A DNA stretch of 64,000 nt, taken from a virus. Taxonomy: Duplodnaviria > Caudoviricetes. Each line of letters opens with the position of its first letter. Position 1 is the first letter of the stretch. Of this stretch, positions 21,813-33,016 are shown one piece after another. The stretch is from the IMG/VR virus record IMGVR_UViG_3300031555_004710, positions 160,001-224,000 of that record. One strand, written 5' to 3'. Under the pieces are notes generated by a model. That model did no database searches. It saw only the letters and a program-made list of their open reading frames with translations, and was not told where the DNA came from. The position numbers were made by a program, and so were the translations under genes.

Positions 21813-23589
21813 ATGTAATATAGAATACGTTAGAGTAGAAAAGATACCACTTGACTTAGAGTGTTGGCATGATATTGCTACTGGCAATGGTATTAGACTT
21901 ACTTCAGTTGAATCTTTTGATAAAAAGAATCAGAAGATATATAGAGGGCTTCAGTCAGAATTCTTTGGTTCAGACTTTTCATCAGACTGGGCTTTTAAAG
22001 AAAGATATAGTTGTAAATGTGGAAAATATATGGCTAAAGCATATTCTGGAATGGTATGTGATTTCTGTGGCACTAAAGTAGAATATCACGATATTGACCT
22101 TAAGAAAACTGGATGGGTAATTCTTGATAAGTTCGAAGTTCTTTCTCCTATATATTCGGCAAAACTTACAGAAGCGTTAGGTAAGGCTGATGGAGAATCT
22201 GTACTTAGAATGATACTTAATCGTAGATATCATGAAGAAGGGGTAATTGAGTACTCTGAAAAAGAATTAACAAACATAAAGAAGCATCCATTTTCTCAAA
22301 GAGGTATGCAGTGGCTTAGAGAGAATATAATGGAAGTATTAGACTTCTACGAAAAGAGAAAACCTGGTAAACAAAAACTCTTTGAAGAACTTAGAAATGA
22401 ACAGGCTAATATGTGGACACATTCTATTCCTATTTACAGTTCTCTTTTAAGAACAGAACTTCCTGGAGAAAAAGGTTCTAAAAACTTTAAGCTTAAAGTA
22501 AACACTCATTTCAAATCAATCATTCGATTAGTAAATGCAATTAATGATATAGACCCAGATGATATGGATTATATCACATTAAATTCTATAGATATATATC
22601 TTGCAGGAATTCAAAAAGAAATAGACCAAGTATTTGATGTTACTTTTAAAGACCTTACAGATAAAACTGGTATTATAACAAGTAAGATACTCGGTGGAAG
22701 ATATAACTTTAGTTCAAGAGATATTATAGTTCCTGATAGTGGAACTTTAAGGTCTGATGAAGTTATAATAGGATATATACCATTTCTTGAATTATATAGA
22801 TATGAAATTCAGAATGAATATAGAAAAATACATGGCTGTACTCCAGCACAAGCAAATACTGCTTGGAAAAGAGCGACTAATCATTTCGATCCTAAGATTT
22901 ATGCTATAATAGAGCATATGGTTAATGACCCTGAATATAGAAGATATTTAGGTGTATTGATTAACAGAAATCCTAGTATAAACTATGGATCATTTGATTA
23001 TGTTAAAATCGTTGGTGTTAAGAAAGATATCTCGGATAAAACTCTTACAATACCAACACACATAATAGTTCCAATGAATGCCGACTTAACAAATCCGTTG
23101 AGGTCGGGTACAGTAGTAATATTGTACATGTATCTAGGTGAACGCTTAACCAGCGGTGTCTATTCTATAGGCTAACGGTAGAAGTTAGATAAGCATTATA
23201 GATGTCGAATACGCTTCGTAAGAAAAGCTACGGTCCATTTATAATATGGATAGCAGCCAATACCGTGCCAAGCTTCTATATACATATAGTTGAAGGTGTA
23301 GAGACTAATTATTAGGATATATGATGGAAAGCATATATTCGAAGCGCCTAGCTCCTATGTAAATAGGATGAAGATATAGTCCACATATTATTGAAAAATA
23401 GTAATTATTATTGTCGATGGCGATTTGCTTAATGTATTTCGTATTATTGGAATGGATTTCCAGAAACGATTTGAGAAAAATATGAATCCAAGATACAATT
23501 TATTTGTATCCAGAGCAGATGGTAAAGTTAACAAAGAGGTCGTACCAGTTAAGGATGAGCTTGTCTGTTTCTGGGCATTTAATAATTAA
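21796..23589 (+). CDS. non-virion RNA polymerase beta' subunit, N-terminal catalytic part; spliced join(21796..23086,23414..23589), 488 aa
   Basis: Zn finger CKCG..CDFC, ILGGRYNFSSR, NRNPSI; splicing restores AAT GCC GAC T|TC GAT GGC GAT = NADFDGD; exon 2 open to TAA at 23587-23589. Confidence 0.93.
23087..23413 (+). ncRNA. group I self-splicing intron (subgroup IA-like), ORF-less, 327 nt
   Basis: 5' exon CCGACU pairs with IGS GGUCGG (23102-07) with U.G at the splice site; P10 CCGUUGA/UCGAUGG; P3 23134-40/23345-51; P4 ACGGUA/UACCGU; P7 GACUA/UAGUC; terminal G at 23413. Confidence 0.93.
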
Positions 23590-23658
23590 TAAACTAATTT
23601 CCAAGTATGTATTTATTTACATACTTGGAAATAAATATTTGTTAAGAGGTGATTTTTA

Positions 23659-23916
23659 ATGTTCATGAAATATACTGGTCCTAATATTGTAGATCATGAA
23701 TTAGTAAATGGTAAAATATATGATGTCGATAATAGATGGAACTGGCATTATCGTCATATGTCACGTATCAAGGGGACTGAGGTATGGGTAAATAGAAAAT
23801 TCTTAAAGCCTCTATATCTTAGATCATCATTATTGCATCTTATAGTAAAATTTATATTAAAGTTATTAATAGCTACTATATTGGTAACTATTATTCGTAA
23901 ATTATTTATTAATTAA
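23659..23916 (+). CDS. hypothetical protein with C-terminal hydrophobic helix
   Basis: GAGGTG SD; C-terminal LLHLIVKFILKLLIATILVTII. Confidence 0.7.
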   Translation: MFMKYTGPNIVDHELVNGKIYDVDNRWNWHYRHMSRIKGTEVWVNRKFLKPLYLRSSLLHLIVKFILKLLIATILVTIIRKLFIN

Positions 23917-23928
23917 GGAGGGAGTTTT

Positions 23929-24546
23929 ATGTTTCTTAAATATATAGGAGAACAGCAACCGGGAATATATGCATTAACTCCAAATAAATACTATCATGTA
24001 AACCTTAAGGTAACCGATGATGCATTGGAAGGAACTGATTGTAGAGAAGGTACTAAATATATTTTAGAAAGAGTGACTGAAGATGGTACTATAGTTAGCT
24101 ATGTACATTTTAGTATTGATGAAATAAATCGAAATTGGGAAGCATATGAGGGATTTACAAAAACCACAGTAATTCATAAACTTGTAAGAGATCGAATCCC
24201 AGAAAAGATAATTCATAATGATCAATTGAAAGAAGTACCATTCTACCATAAATTAACTGATAAAAATGAAATTCTTCATGCTCTAGAAAAGAAACTTGAT
24301 GAGGAAGTTAAAGAATTTAAAGAATGCAGAGATGTAGAAGAACTTGCAGACATTGTAGAAGTTATATATGGTATATTATACCAATTAGAAGTTGACAAAA
24401 AATCCTTCTTTGGTATTGTAGATCGTAAACGAGCTCTTAACGGTGGCTTTAAAAATGGTATAGTATTAGACTATACTGTGGCAGATGAGTATAATCCTAC
24501 TGCATCTCCAGTATATTATTTCGTGAGTAGAAAGGAAGATGAATAA
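23929..24546 (+). CDS. MazG-like / phosphoribosyl-ATP pyrophosphohydrolase-like protein
   Basis: KLVRDRIPE...KLDEEVKEF...EELADIVEV...KR..NGGF. Confidence 0.75.
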   Translation: MFLKYIGEQQPGIYALTPNKYYHVNLKVTDDALEGTDCREGTKYILERVTEDGTIVSYVHFSIDEINRNWEAYEGFTKTTVIHKLVRDRIPEKIIHNDQLKEVPFYHKLTDKNEILHALEKKLDEEVKEFKECRDVEELADIVEVIYGILYQLEVDKKSFFGIVDRKRALNGGFKNGIVLDYTVADEYNPTASPVYYFVSRKEDE

Positions 24547-25187
24547 TGATAAAACCTAAATGTATCATTACAAAGGCAAAGACAAAAATTGATAAAACTG
24601 CTGAAGAATATAAAAAACTTATAAATTTAGAAGAAGAAAAAATCGATAATGATTCAAAAGATTCTGAAAAAGATTATCCACGATCATATGGTGGAAGATC
24701 GGGTCCATATAATGAAAAAATAGTAGCAAATGCTGATGAAATATTTAATAATGAAATACTTCAGCATGTAAAATTAACTCCAGATATCAAATGGATAAGT
24801 GCTAAAGAAGTAAGATATATTTATGAAAATATGGTTAAAAGTATGGTTAATGAAATAGGTGTGGTATATCTACATTTAGAAGAGAAAGATATAGTACAAT
24901 CGATTTGTTTATCAAAACAAGGAATTGATCCAATTGAGTTAATTGGTAAAGCTACATGTAATCTTGCAAGAATAAATAACAAATATTCTACATATCTTGC
25001 AGCTACAATTTTTATTACATTATGTAGAGAAAATTCAATTTCAATAAACATTAAGAGTGAAACACTTCTTCACACCTTAAATAAAGTAAAATATAATACA
25101 GTAACTTATGATAGTTTTATAAATATGATATCTGGAGATTCATCACTTAAATCATGCTCTAGTGGAATGGTTGCTACTATTTTATAA
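24546..25187 (+). CDS. degenerate Doc/Fic-fold protein
   Basis: Doc-like outline (KWISAKEV..I ... AATIFITLCREN.ISI ... VTYDSF), Fic motif absent; paralogous to 25526..26014. Confidence 0.45.
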   Translation: MIKPKCIITKAKTKIDKTAEEYKKLINLEEEKIDNDSKDSEKDYPRSYGGRSGPYNEKIVANADEIFNNEILQHVKLTPDIKWISAKEVRYIYENMVKSMVNEIGVVYLHLEEKDIVQSICLSKQGIDPIELIGKATCNLARINNKYSTYLAATIFITLCRENSISINIKSETLLHTLNKVKYNTVTYDSFINMISGDSSLKSCSSGMVATIL

Positions 25188-25254
25188 ATAGAATTAATTC
25201 CTTTTAAACTATTAATTAATAAAGTATGAATAGTTAGAGGAGGAATGATTAATA

Positions 25255-25482
25255 ATGAGTAATGATAAAGAATATATTCAGCTTTTGACAGAGAAAAGAA
25301 ATATTGAAAGGCATGAAAAAATTTTAAAACAAGTTCCATCTAAAGCAGATTACAAACATTCTAAAAAAATATTAGAGGATTTTGATATTACTGATGTTGA
25401 TATACCAGAGTTTGATTCTAAATTAGAACTAGAACGATTTATAAAAACTACAATTTCTACACATTTAGATAAATACGAATAA
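25255..25482 (+). CDS. small hypothetical protein
   Basis: GAGGAGG SD; 75 aa. Confidence 0.7.
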   Translation: MSNDKEYIQLLTEKRNIERHEKILKQVPSKADYKHSKKILEDFDITDVDIPEFDSKLELERFIKTTISTHLDKYE

Positions 25483-25525
25483 TAGCAATATTGCTATTAT
25501 TCGTATTTAATAATTAAAAAGGAGA

Positions 25526-26014
25526 ATGATTATGGTTAGGACTAAAGATGTACTTGATATTGCTAAAAATATTATAGATGAAAATATAGAGGAGTTTTCA
25601 TCAATGTTTCATGGAAGAGATCCTAGACATGGAGATATTGAATGGATCACAGTTGATGATGTATTATCAATTCATAATGAAATCATCGATAAATTAAATG
25701 GCCGTAAAGGAGTTCATAATCTAATTGATTTGAAATATGCAGTTGATTTTCCTATTATGAATATTGAAGGATGTCCACCTAAGCCAACATTTGAGAAAAT
25801 ATGTAATTGCGCATATCTTTTAGGAAGATGCTTTGTTGATTGTGGTGCACAGGTTGCCGCAACTGTTTTCTGTACGCTCTGTAAAAAGAATAACTATGAA
25901 GTTAAATTTAAACTAGGAGATATCTATGACATATTTTCAAAAACTATAGGACCAAATATTGAGTTTAGTGAATTTCATTATTCATTATCAGAACTCACAA
26001 AACGCAATTTTTAA
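25526..26014 (+). CDS. degenerate Doc/Fic-fold protein
   Basis: WITVDDVLSIHNEII..G..GV.NL.DL.YAVD.P..PTFEK..AYLL then RCFVDCGAQ in place of HxFxDGNKR. Confidence 0.6.
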   Translation: MIMVRTKDVLDIAKNIIDENIEEFSSMFHGRDPRHGDIEWITVDDVLSIHNEIIDKLNGRKGVHNLIDLKYAVDFPIMNIEGCPPKPTFEKICNCAYLLGRCFVDCGAQVAATVFCTLCKKNNYEVKFKLGDIYDIFSKTIGPNIEFSEFHYSLSELTKRNF

Positions 26015-26126
26015 AAGAGAGTATATAATACTCTCTTTTATTTTTTCGTTTAAATTAAAATTTACACAAACCACGAAAATATAACATTTCATTAACTTTT
26101 TAAGATAAAACGAGGTGATATTTATT

Positions 26127-26873
26127 ATGACAATTGCTGAATATTTACAAAATCCTTATGGAAAAGGCTCGGCATTTTCGTCGAGCTCAAAACAGAAAGA
26201 TGATTTGGATAAGCAATTTAAACAAATCTCTGAAAAGATAATTTCAAAAATTTATCGTTATCGTGATTTTGTTATATATCATGTAATCGTTCCTAGTACC
26301 AAAAAAGACTTTGTTAATTATGATGTAGTAATTGAAGTAGAAACAAAGAAACTTCATGAAGGAGCAGCAAATTTGGAAGGACTTGAATTTAAAGTATTCT
26401 CAAATTGCCCTTCATTCATATTTACATATGCACATGTTTTTAGGGGTAGTGGAATGTTATGTGACTGGCTTCTTCCTAAATATAATAAAGAAGTTAGGAC
26501 AAAAGCTCCAGTTAAACGAAATCAATACGGTATCGTAGGCTTAGAAAGAAGTGTGTATTTAGCACTTAAGCATTTACATGCTAGTGGAAAAACCCATTTT
26601 GGAGTTTATCAAACTGCTGGAAAGAAAGTTCATGGTAGAAATGAGATTATTAATGCCGTTAGAACTCAGCAGCAAATTATGGATAGGGTTAAGGAAAAAA
26701 TTCCTGCACATAAAGACCCTTCAGCATTTAGTCCAAAAACAATTGCTACAAATCCCCATGCCAATAAAGATAGGACAACTCGAACTACAGTTTTTACAAA
26801 ATCTGTAAAAAATATAAAGAGTGGAAAAATGACAAAAAGTACAAAAACATCAAAAACGACGAAAAAAATATAA
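26127..26873 (+). CDS. hypothetical protein with basic C-terminal tail, late
   Basis: GAGGTG SD; AACA-N6-TA at 26083-26094; VFSNCPSFIF motif. Confidence 0.7.
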   Translation: MTIAEYLQNPYGKGSAFSSSSKQKDDLDKQFKQISEKIISKIYRYRDFVIYHVIVPSTKKDFVNYDVVIEVETKKLHEGAANLEGLEFKVFSNCPSFIFTYAHVFRGSGMLCDWLLPKYNKEVRTKAPVKRNQYGIVGLERSVYLALKHLHASGKTHFGVYQTAGKKVHGRNEIINAVRTQQQIMDRVKEKIPAHKDPSAFSPKTIATNPHANKDRTTRTTVFTKSVKNIKSGKMTKSTKTSKTTKKI

Positions 26874-26925
26874 ATCAATATATTTTTTTTATGTATATTA
26901 AAAAGATTATGAGGAGGCTAAAACA

Positions 26926-28470
26926 ATGGGCAATTTAAAACCACTAGCATTTCAGGAGAATCCTCCACTTTATGAGTGGGTACCTAATCCTGGAGAAATA
27001 TATTATATATATGATGGAGAAAACGTAAAAGCAGACTATGATGGACGTGTTGGAAAGATTGAAGAAATTTCAACCCTACCAATATTTTACATAAAAAAGA
27101 ATCATTATAAAACTAGAATGGATGAAATTACTAGAGTATTGAACTATTTTACTAGATTTTATGATTTAGATAGAGAATCATTTTTCGCTATGATGGTTGC
27201 AAAATATTACTGCGATACACATCTTGATGTATTGCAGAAAGATTTTATAAACTATCTAATGGAAAATGTAGTTACCTCTAGCTTTGTATCTAAATGTAAA
27301 ATGATGTCATGCGATTTATATAAATTAAATATAAATGCAGACTCTTCAGGAAAATTCAATAACACTCCAAAAATCACAAATGCTCAGGCATTTCAAATTG
27401 TAGCAGTTTCATTCTGTTTTAAAATATTGACTCCATTAATGTTACATTTCTCAAACGTGAATACTAATTTTGATCCAGCTGTGAAGACAGAATATTTGAA
27501 ATGGTTCAATAAGTTATTCAATAAAGTAATCAAGAAATTTGAAGAAGGGGATACACCTTTCTATACGTCTCTTTGCAAATTCGTTGTATTTAGGGGAGAG
27601 AAAATCTCTAGAAATAACTCAACTGCATTTTACCAAAAGAAAATGCTTAGAGGAGATACTCTCGAATTATATAATGAAAATTTAATAAAAGAGGTAGTTT
27701 GTGTAAAGACTCTTTATAAGTTAGATTACAGACATTCATGTGTAGCATTTATTGATGGAGTTATTCATAACTATAATATGAACTACTTAAAAGAAAACTT
27801 TAGTAGTAAACCATATGAGATAGATTCTGAAGAAACTTCAAAAGATTCAGATGAATCATTATCTCATGCAGAAGCTATGGAAATGGCAATGTATAAAAGA
27901 GATGAATCTGCCGCAATGGTTGCAGATATCAATGGAGAATATGTAATGAATCAAATTCGAAAATGGTACAAAGCATTTGATATCAGTAATGAAGAATTTG
28001 AGTTCTATTACAATAACTTCTATCCTAACGAAGTTAACCAATCATTATTCAATGATTTTTATGCTGGGAAATTTAAAGACCCATATGCTGTAAATAATCT
28101 TAATAGAAAAGATACAGTATATCTTTTAATTTGCATGAAGAAAGTATTCCAGACATATAAAATGTATCATCTTGCACAGATTTGTACTGCTCAGGTATTT
28201 CGTAAGTACAAAGAAAATGTAATTAAAAATGGCAAATATATGGAAAGAATAACTTCCTCTAATGTATATAAGGAAATAGTTTCTAGAAAATATTCTAATA
28301 TCGTTGAGTTAGGTATGAAAGAGAATCCTATACTTAAAACTCTTGAGACGATTATCAATAGTGTATTTACTTTAGTAGACTATGAGCCTGAAATAAATGG
28401 ATATAAACTTGAGCATTTAGATAGAGATGCTATTGCAGATGAATATTTACTTTTCCTAAGTATTATATAA
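26926..28470 (+). CDS. sigma-like promoter-specificity subunit of the non-virion RNAP (AR9 gp226 / phiKZ gp68 type)
   Basis: 514 aa; end-to-end resemblance to AR9 gp226 as recalled (F.I.K..Y....D.I...LN; KIL.P....F; DESLS..E.ME...RD; D.IADE.L.FL..I); from memory, needs alignment. Confidence 0.7.
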   Translation: MGNLKPLAFQENPPLYEWVPNPGEIYYIYDGENVKADYDGRVGKIEEISTLPIFYIKKNHYKTRMDEITRVLNYFTRFYDLDRESFFAMMVAKYYCDTHLDVLQKDFINYLMENVVTSSFVSKCKMMSCDLYKLNINADSSGKFNNTPKITNAQAFQIVAVSFCFKILTPLMLHFSNVNTNFDPAVKTEYLKWFNKLFNKVIKKFEEGDTPFYTSLCKFVVFRGEKISRNNSTAFYQKKMLRGDTLELYNENLIKEVVCVKTLYKLDYRHSCVAFIDGVIHNYNMNYLKENFSSKPYEIDSEETSKDSDESLSHAEAMEMAMYKRDESAAMVADINGEYVMNQIRKWYKAFDISNEEFEFYYNNFYPNEVNQSLFNDFYAGKFKDPYAVNNLNRKDTVYLLICMKKVFQTYKMYHLAQICTAQVFRKYKENVIKNGKYMERITSSNVYKEIVSRKYSNIVELGMKENPILKTLETIINSVFTLVDYEPEINGYKLEHLDRDAIADEYLLFLSII

Positions 28471-28574
28471 ATAAGATGGAGACTGGTAGTCTCCATCTTA
28501 TTTTTTGTATTTATAAGGATTAAAACATTTCCCTAATAATCTATAATATTTTTTATCCGGAGGTGAAATAAATT

Positions 28575-29825
28575 ATGGCTAAAAAATCAATTGATAATGA
28601 ATACGAAGAAGTTGATTTAGTCGACGATAGTTATCAAATAGACCAAGTTCCAAAAACATATGTTTTATTAGATAAATATTGGGATACGATTGAAGATAAT
28701 TTACCTCGTAATAGATCAGTATTAAAAAGATTTATTGCAACTTATAGAAATAAAAATATTGATAAATTGGAAACACCATATCCTATCGATTTTCCACCTT
28801 GGACTCCTCCTTGTAACAAAATATTTTATGCTGTAACTGGGATTGATGAAGAGGAATTTGTTGAATCTGTAATGACTATTAGAGGTCATGAAGGATATCT
28901 GGATCCTTATTTAAAAGACAAAGCTCCATATATCTTAGCGTTAATGATTGCTAGATGGTTAATGATACATGATTATACTCAAGAATTGACTATAATGCAA
29001 CATTATATAGGATACTCTCATTATTGGGCAGTATTTAGTGTTTTCTTTTACTCTAATAAAAATAAGAGAAAATATAAACCTAAACTGGAAGTAATGAAAT
29101 ATACTATTAATGAGATGAGTTATAAGAGTAGATTAAAAGCTTTAGGCTCAGTTGATAAATGGTTACAAGATGGTGTAATGAATGGTATGAATACTTATAA
29201 AGAAAGATTGCTTAGAGCATCGGATTTCGAATTGCATTATATAAATGAAAAGATTCGTTCTAAATTTAAGAGTGCAATGAAAACTTTATATAGAGCTCAA
29301 GAAAAGAATGAACGTGAAAAAAATTATATATTTACTTCAAGTAGTCACATGGGTGATGATATAATTGATAATACATATGGAGTTGCGGAGGTAATTTCAT
29401 TAGCAAGCACATTTACTACAAAATTCTTTGCAGACCCTATTACAGAGAAAGCTTTAAAAGGAGCGCTGATTCCTGGAGGTATTACAGAGAAGGACCTTCG
29501 TAATGTAATTCTAATGATTTCTGATGATAAAAAGAATCTAGACGATGTATCAAAATTATATCAGTCGTTATTTTATATCTTTTTAGAAGATAATAAATAT
29601 AAAGTTCGTGATATTGGTGGTAATAGATTCTATTATGAAATGGAAAAATTATATAAACCTGGGAATACAAACGACCCAAATAGAAATTACATCAAAACTA
29701 TTCTTGATAAGTGGTTAAGTATGGGAAGTGCTACTTTTAGATCTACTAATAGGACTGCTACTATAACAACTTTTAGAAAATCAATCTATGAATATTTTGT
29801 ATTGAAGATAATGTATGATAAATAA
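28575..29825 (+). CDS. hypothetical protein, late (probably structural or assembly)
   Basis: 416 aa; AACA-N6-TA at 28524-28535. Confidence 0.7.
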   Translation: MAKKSIDNEYEEVDLVDDSYQIDQVPKTYVLLDKYWDTIEDNLPRNRSVLKRFIATYRNKNIDKLETPYPIDFPPWTPPCNKIFYAVTGIDEEEFVESVMTIRGHEGYLDPYLKDKAPYILALMIARWLMIHDYTQELTIMQHYIGYSHYWAVFSVFFYSNKNKRKYKPKLEVMKYTINEMSYKSRLKALGSVDKWLQDGVMNGMNTYKERLLRASDFELHYINEKIRSKFKSAMKTLYRAQEKNEREKNYIFTSSSHMGDDIIDNTYGVAEVISLASTFTTKFFADPITEKALKGALIPGGITEKDLRNVILMISDDKKNLDDVSKLYQSLFYIFLEDNKYKVRDIGGNRFYYEMEKLYKPGNTNDPNRNYIKTILDKWLSMGSATFRSTNRTATITTFRKSIYEYFVLKIMYDK

Positions 29826-29927
29826 GAATACCAATTGGTATTCTTATTTATTTTCGTAAAAATAGGCTAAAAAACAAATTCGTAATCTATGCGAATAAAG
29901 AATAGAAAATATGTGAGGTGATAAATA

Positions 29928-32900
29928 ATGGCGAAAAATCCTCTTTATAGAAATGAATATTATTTCTTTTCTAATATGTATGATGATTCTTTAATTACTG
30001 ATTTTTATAAAAAGATAACATCTGAATCATATGATAAATCAGTATATTATCAACAACATGCAGTTGGTAGAAATCGTCATTTTAATGATGATTCAATTTA
30101 TTATAAATCATCATTGGGAGAATTTGTTATAGATAATAAATATAATGAAATTGCTGGTTTACCTAAAGGAACCAGGACATTAAAATTTAACACAATGGTA
30201 CTCCCTATTCATGATAAACGTAAATATATATCAACGTATGGTATTTCTTATAAAAAAATCCCATTACTTGATTTTTATGCAAGAACTGATATATTTGATA
30301 AAGCTATATCATTGCAAATAGGCAAATATCAAATAATGTCAGCATATTTAATTGAAAATAATGATAAAACTATTACATTAGCTTTTACTGACGGTGCTAT
30401 AAGCTTTTCTGAGTTTGCTAAACTTAAATCGGAGTATTCTGATTCTGAACCAGTATGGTTATTTACAAACGAACTTACTAAAACTTATTATCGCCAGGCA
30501 ACTACTACAGGACTTATTTCTGGTAGAGTTGATGATAATTATTTATTACTTATTCCAGAATCAGCTGAAATAAATAAAATTGATAACGGTGTAAATAGTA
30601 ACGAATCTAATTCTTGGGATTGTTTAATGTCATATGAAGTTATACCTGGATACGACAATTCAAACTTATTATTATCGATTCCGTGTACATACACTGGGCA
30701 AACTATTAAAAATGGTACTAAATGTGCGACTTTTAGTGTCCCTGCAAATTTTGTAAAGGCTATTATTAGCCATTCTACATCTACTAGAGTTAAAGTTTGC
30801 TTTATTAAACGTCCAAATAGAATATATATATCTCATTATATTTATTCCGATAATACTTCACCAGTTATTAATTTAGATTATATTAATAATCCTACTGGAA
30901 ATATTAACCTAGAAGTATATGAAACCACTGCGGATATGAGTTATCGAGGACGGAGATTATATGATTCAAAATTTATGCAATCATATTTTCCTAACATCTA
31001 TGATTTTTCTAAATTAAATGTAAATAAATCTAATTTATTAATTGAAGTTACAGAATATGATACAACCCACACTAATCAAAAAATGAGAAACTCGATAAAA
31101 CCATTAATTGACTCTCTAGGTTCTGATTTCTACACAGAATATGTTGTAAATGGTTATGATAAATCATTAGATGGAAATTCAATGAACTTAAAAGAATATA
31201 ATCCAAAAGCATATCCAGCATCATTAGAAGATTATAGATCTAGTGAATACTATGGTGATTATAGAGGTTATATATTAGATAAGATTGCAAAGACAATTGA
31301 AAGTGATCCTTATCTACTTTCTGAATATTATGATTTTATGGCATCTAAAAATCAATTGGTTATTAGTAGAAGTGGAACTCCTAAATATTTTAGGTTTAAA
31401 ACTGGTAGACTTGGTGAATTCTCTGGTTCTAATAAATTTGTAATGAACACTTCCATAGCATCAATAAACCCGGATGATATTCAATATTTTGATGAAACCC
31501 ATTCATATATATCATACTATAGCTCAGGAAATAAATGTCCAGCAAATGTATATATTAATGGAAAGTATATTAGACCTACGTGTACTAGATATTATATGGG
31601 AATGAATTATTTATTTTTCCCAATAGATATAGTAAATAAGGAATTATTAAAATACTCAACTGACGAAGAACTTCTTGAAGCTTCACCTATAGTAGTTGAT
31701 TTTTATCCATATACATATACTTCATTATCAGAAGCTCCAAAAGATATTATTACAATTAATAGTTCATCAGATGTAATTAAAATATTTAAAAAATTAGAGA
31801 ATCCAGTATTTTCCTTAAATGAATTGGTAGCATATGATAATTCTACTGGTAAATACTTAGGTTTACTAACGGATATATTTAATGTAAATTTATCCGTATC
31901 ACAGTATAAAATAGACCATCCTGAAGAAACTAATGAGATTTTAATTTCTAAAGGAGAAGAACCGGAATATTTGATGACAATGATGAATGAAATATATCGT
32001 ACTATGGATAATGTACCAATAATAATAGGTGGAGATACTGTAAATTTATCATGGAATACATTTATTGATTCATTGATTGATGAAGGAGTAATTGATGAAA
32101 ATGGAAAATCTGATTTAATGAATAAGAAAATAGATTTTACAGATATTGAATTAACTCCTAAAGATTCTACTTTTATAGGCATGAATATAGTAATATATAG
32201 CAGAGCATTCAAACAAGAATATTGTATTTCTGCTATAGATGGAAAATATGATGAGGAAAAAAATGAAACTACTTACACGGTAGATGGTAATGTTGATTTT
32301 GATTCTAATAGATATATGATATTTAAAGATGGTAGAATGATATCAGATGTTAAAGTATATGTAGATAATACATATGGTGGTAAATTATCATTTAGTATTT
32401 ATGGTGATAACTATACCACTACAGATGGTGATTTTTTAGTAGTTCATACACCTATCACTTATTATAAGAACTGGTATGAAGTTAGCGATAAGGTATTCTA
32501 CATGAAAAAAGCAAATACGAATGAAACTACTCCTATTGGCATTTGGGACTCTGACTCAGATACCTCTGGTTTTATCTTACAGTCACACACCGATACATTT
32601 ACAAATAATGGTCCATTTGAAAATGATATAAATATGAAATTCTCATCAACTGGATTAAGATTGCCTCCACATTCTGGTAGCACAAATACAATGTATTCTC
32701 AATACTATAGTTACAATAGAGCAAAATGCTATGGTTTAGAAAAAGAAGTAGACAATTTGTCATACTCATATAATATTAAAAATGATATCCCATTGACAGA
32801 TATTGGAAAACAGAATCCAAGCTCATATGAGAACTATAATACATCCAGAGCCACGAATCCATTAGATATCTTATTATATTATATCAAATTGATTGATATG

Positions 32901-32957
32901 CCAGAAATAGAACCAGACCCAGGTGACTTTCCTCCAGGATGGATACCAATAACTTGA
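29928..32957 (+). CDS. large virion structural protein (baseplate-like)
   Basis: 1009 aa, beta-rich; AACA-N6-TA at 29873-29884. Confidence 0.5.
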   Translation: MAKNPLYRNEYYFFSNMYDDSLITDFYKKITSESYDKSVYYQQHAVGRNRHFNDDSIYYKSSLGEFVIDNKYNEIAGLPKGTRTLKFNTMVLPIHDKRKYISTYGISYKKIPLLDFYARTDIFDKAISLQIGKYQIMSAYLIENNDKTITLAFTDGAISFSEFAKLKSEYSDSEPVWLFTNELTKTYYRQATTTGLISGRVDDNYLLLIPESAEINKIDNGVNSNESNSWDCLMSYEVIPGYDNSNLLLSIPCTYTGQTIKNGTKCATFSVPANFVKAIISHSTSTRVKVCFIKRPNRIYISHYIYSDNTSPVINLDYINNPTGNINLEVYETTADMSYRGRRLYDSKFMQSYFPNIYDFSKLNVNKSNLLIEVTEYDTTHTNQKMRNSIKPLIDSLGSDFYTEYVVNGYDKSLDGNSMNLKEYNPKAYPASLEDYRSSEYYGDYRGYILDKIAKTIESDPYLLSEYYDFMASKNQLVISRSGTPKYFRFKTGRLGEFSGSNKFVMNTSIASINPDDIQYFDETHSYISYYSSGNKCPANVYINGKYIRPTCTRYYMGMNYLFFPIDIVNKELLKYSTDEELLEASPIVVDFYPYTYTSLSEAPKDIITINSSSDVIKIFKKLENPVFSLNELVAYDNSTGKYLGLLTDIFNVNLSVSQYKIDHPEETNEILISKGEEPEYLMTMMNEIYRTMDNVPIIIGGDTVNLSWNTFIDSLIDEGVIDENGKSDLMNKKIDFTDIELTPKDSTFIGMNIVIYSRAFKQEYCISAIDGKYDEEKNETTYTVDGNVDFDSNRYMIFKDGRMISDVKVYVDNTYGGKLSFSIYGDNYTTTDGDFLVVHTPITYYKNWYEVSDKVFYMKKANTNETTPIGIWDSDSDTSGFILQSHTDTFTNNGPFENDINMKFSSTGLRLPPHSGSTNTMYSQYYSYNRAKCYGLEKEVDNLSYSYNIKNDIPLTDIGKQNPSSYENYNTSRATNPLDILLYYIKLIDMPEIEPDPGDFPPGWIPIT

Positions 32958-33016
32958 TAAAACTTATATAAAGAATAAGGATATGAGATTTAAATCTCAT
33001 ATCCTTATTTATATTT

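Noticed and set aside
23087-23175. C-terminus LTNPLRSG... of ORF 21796..23175
   Set aside because: Read-through into the group I intron
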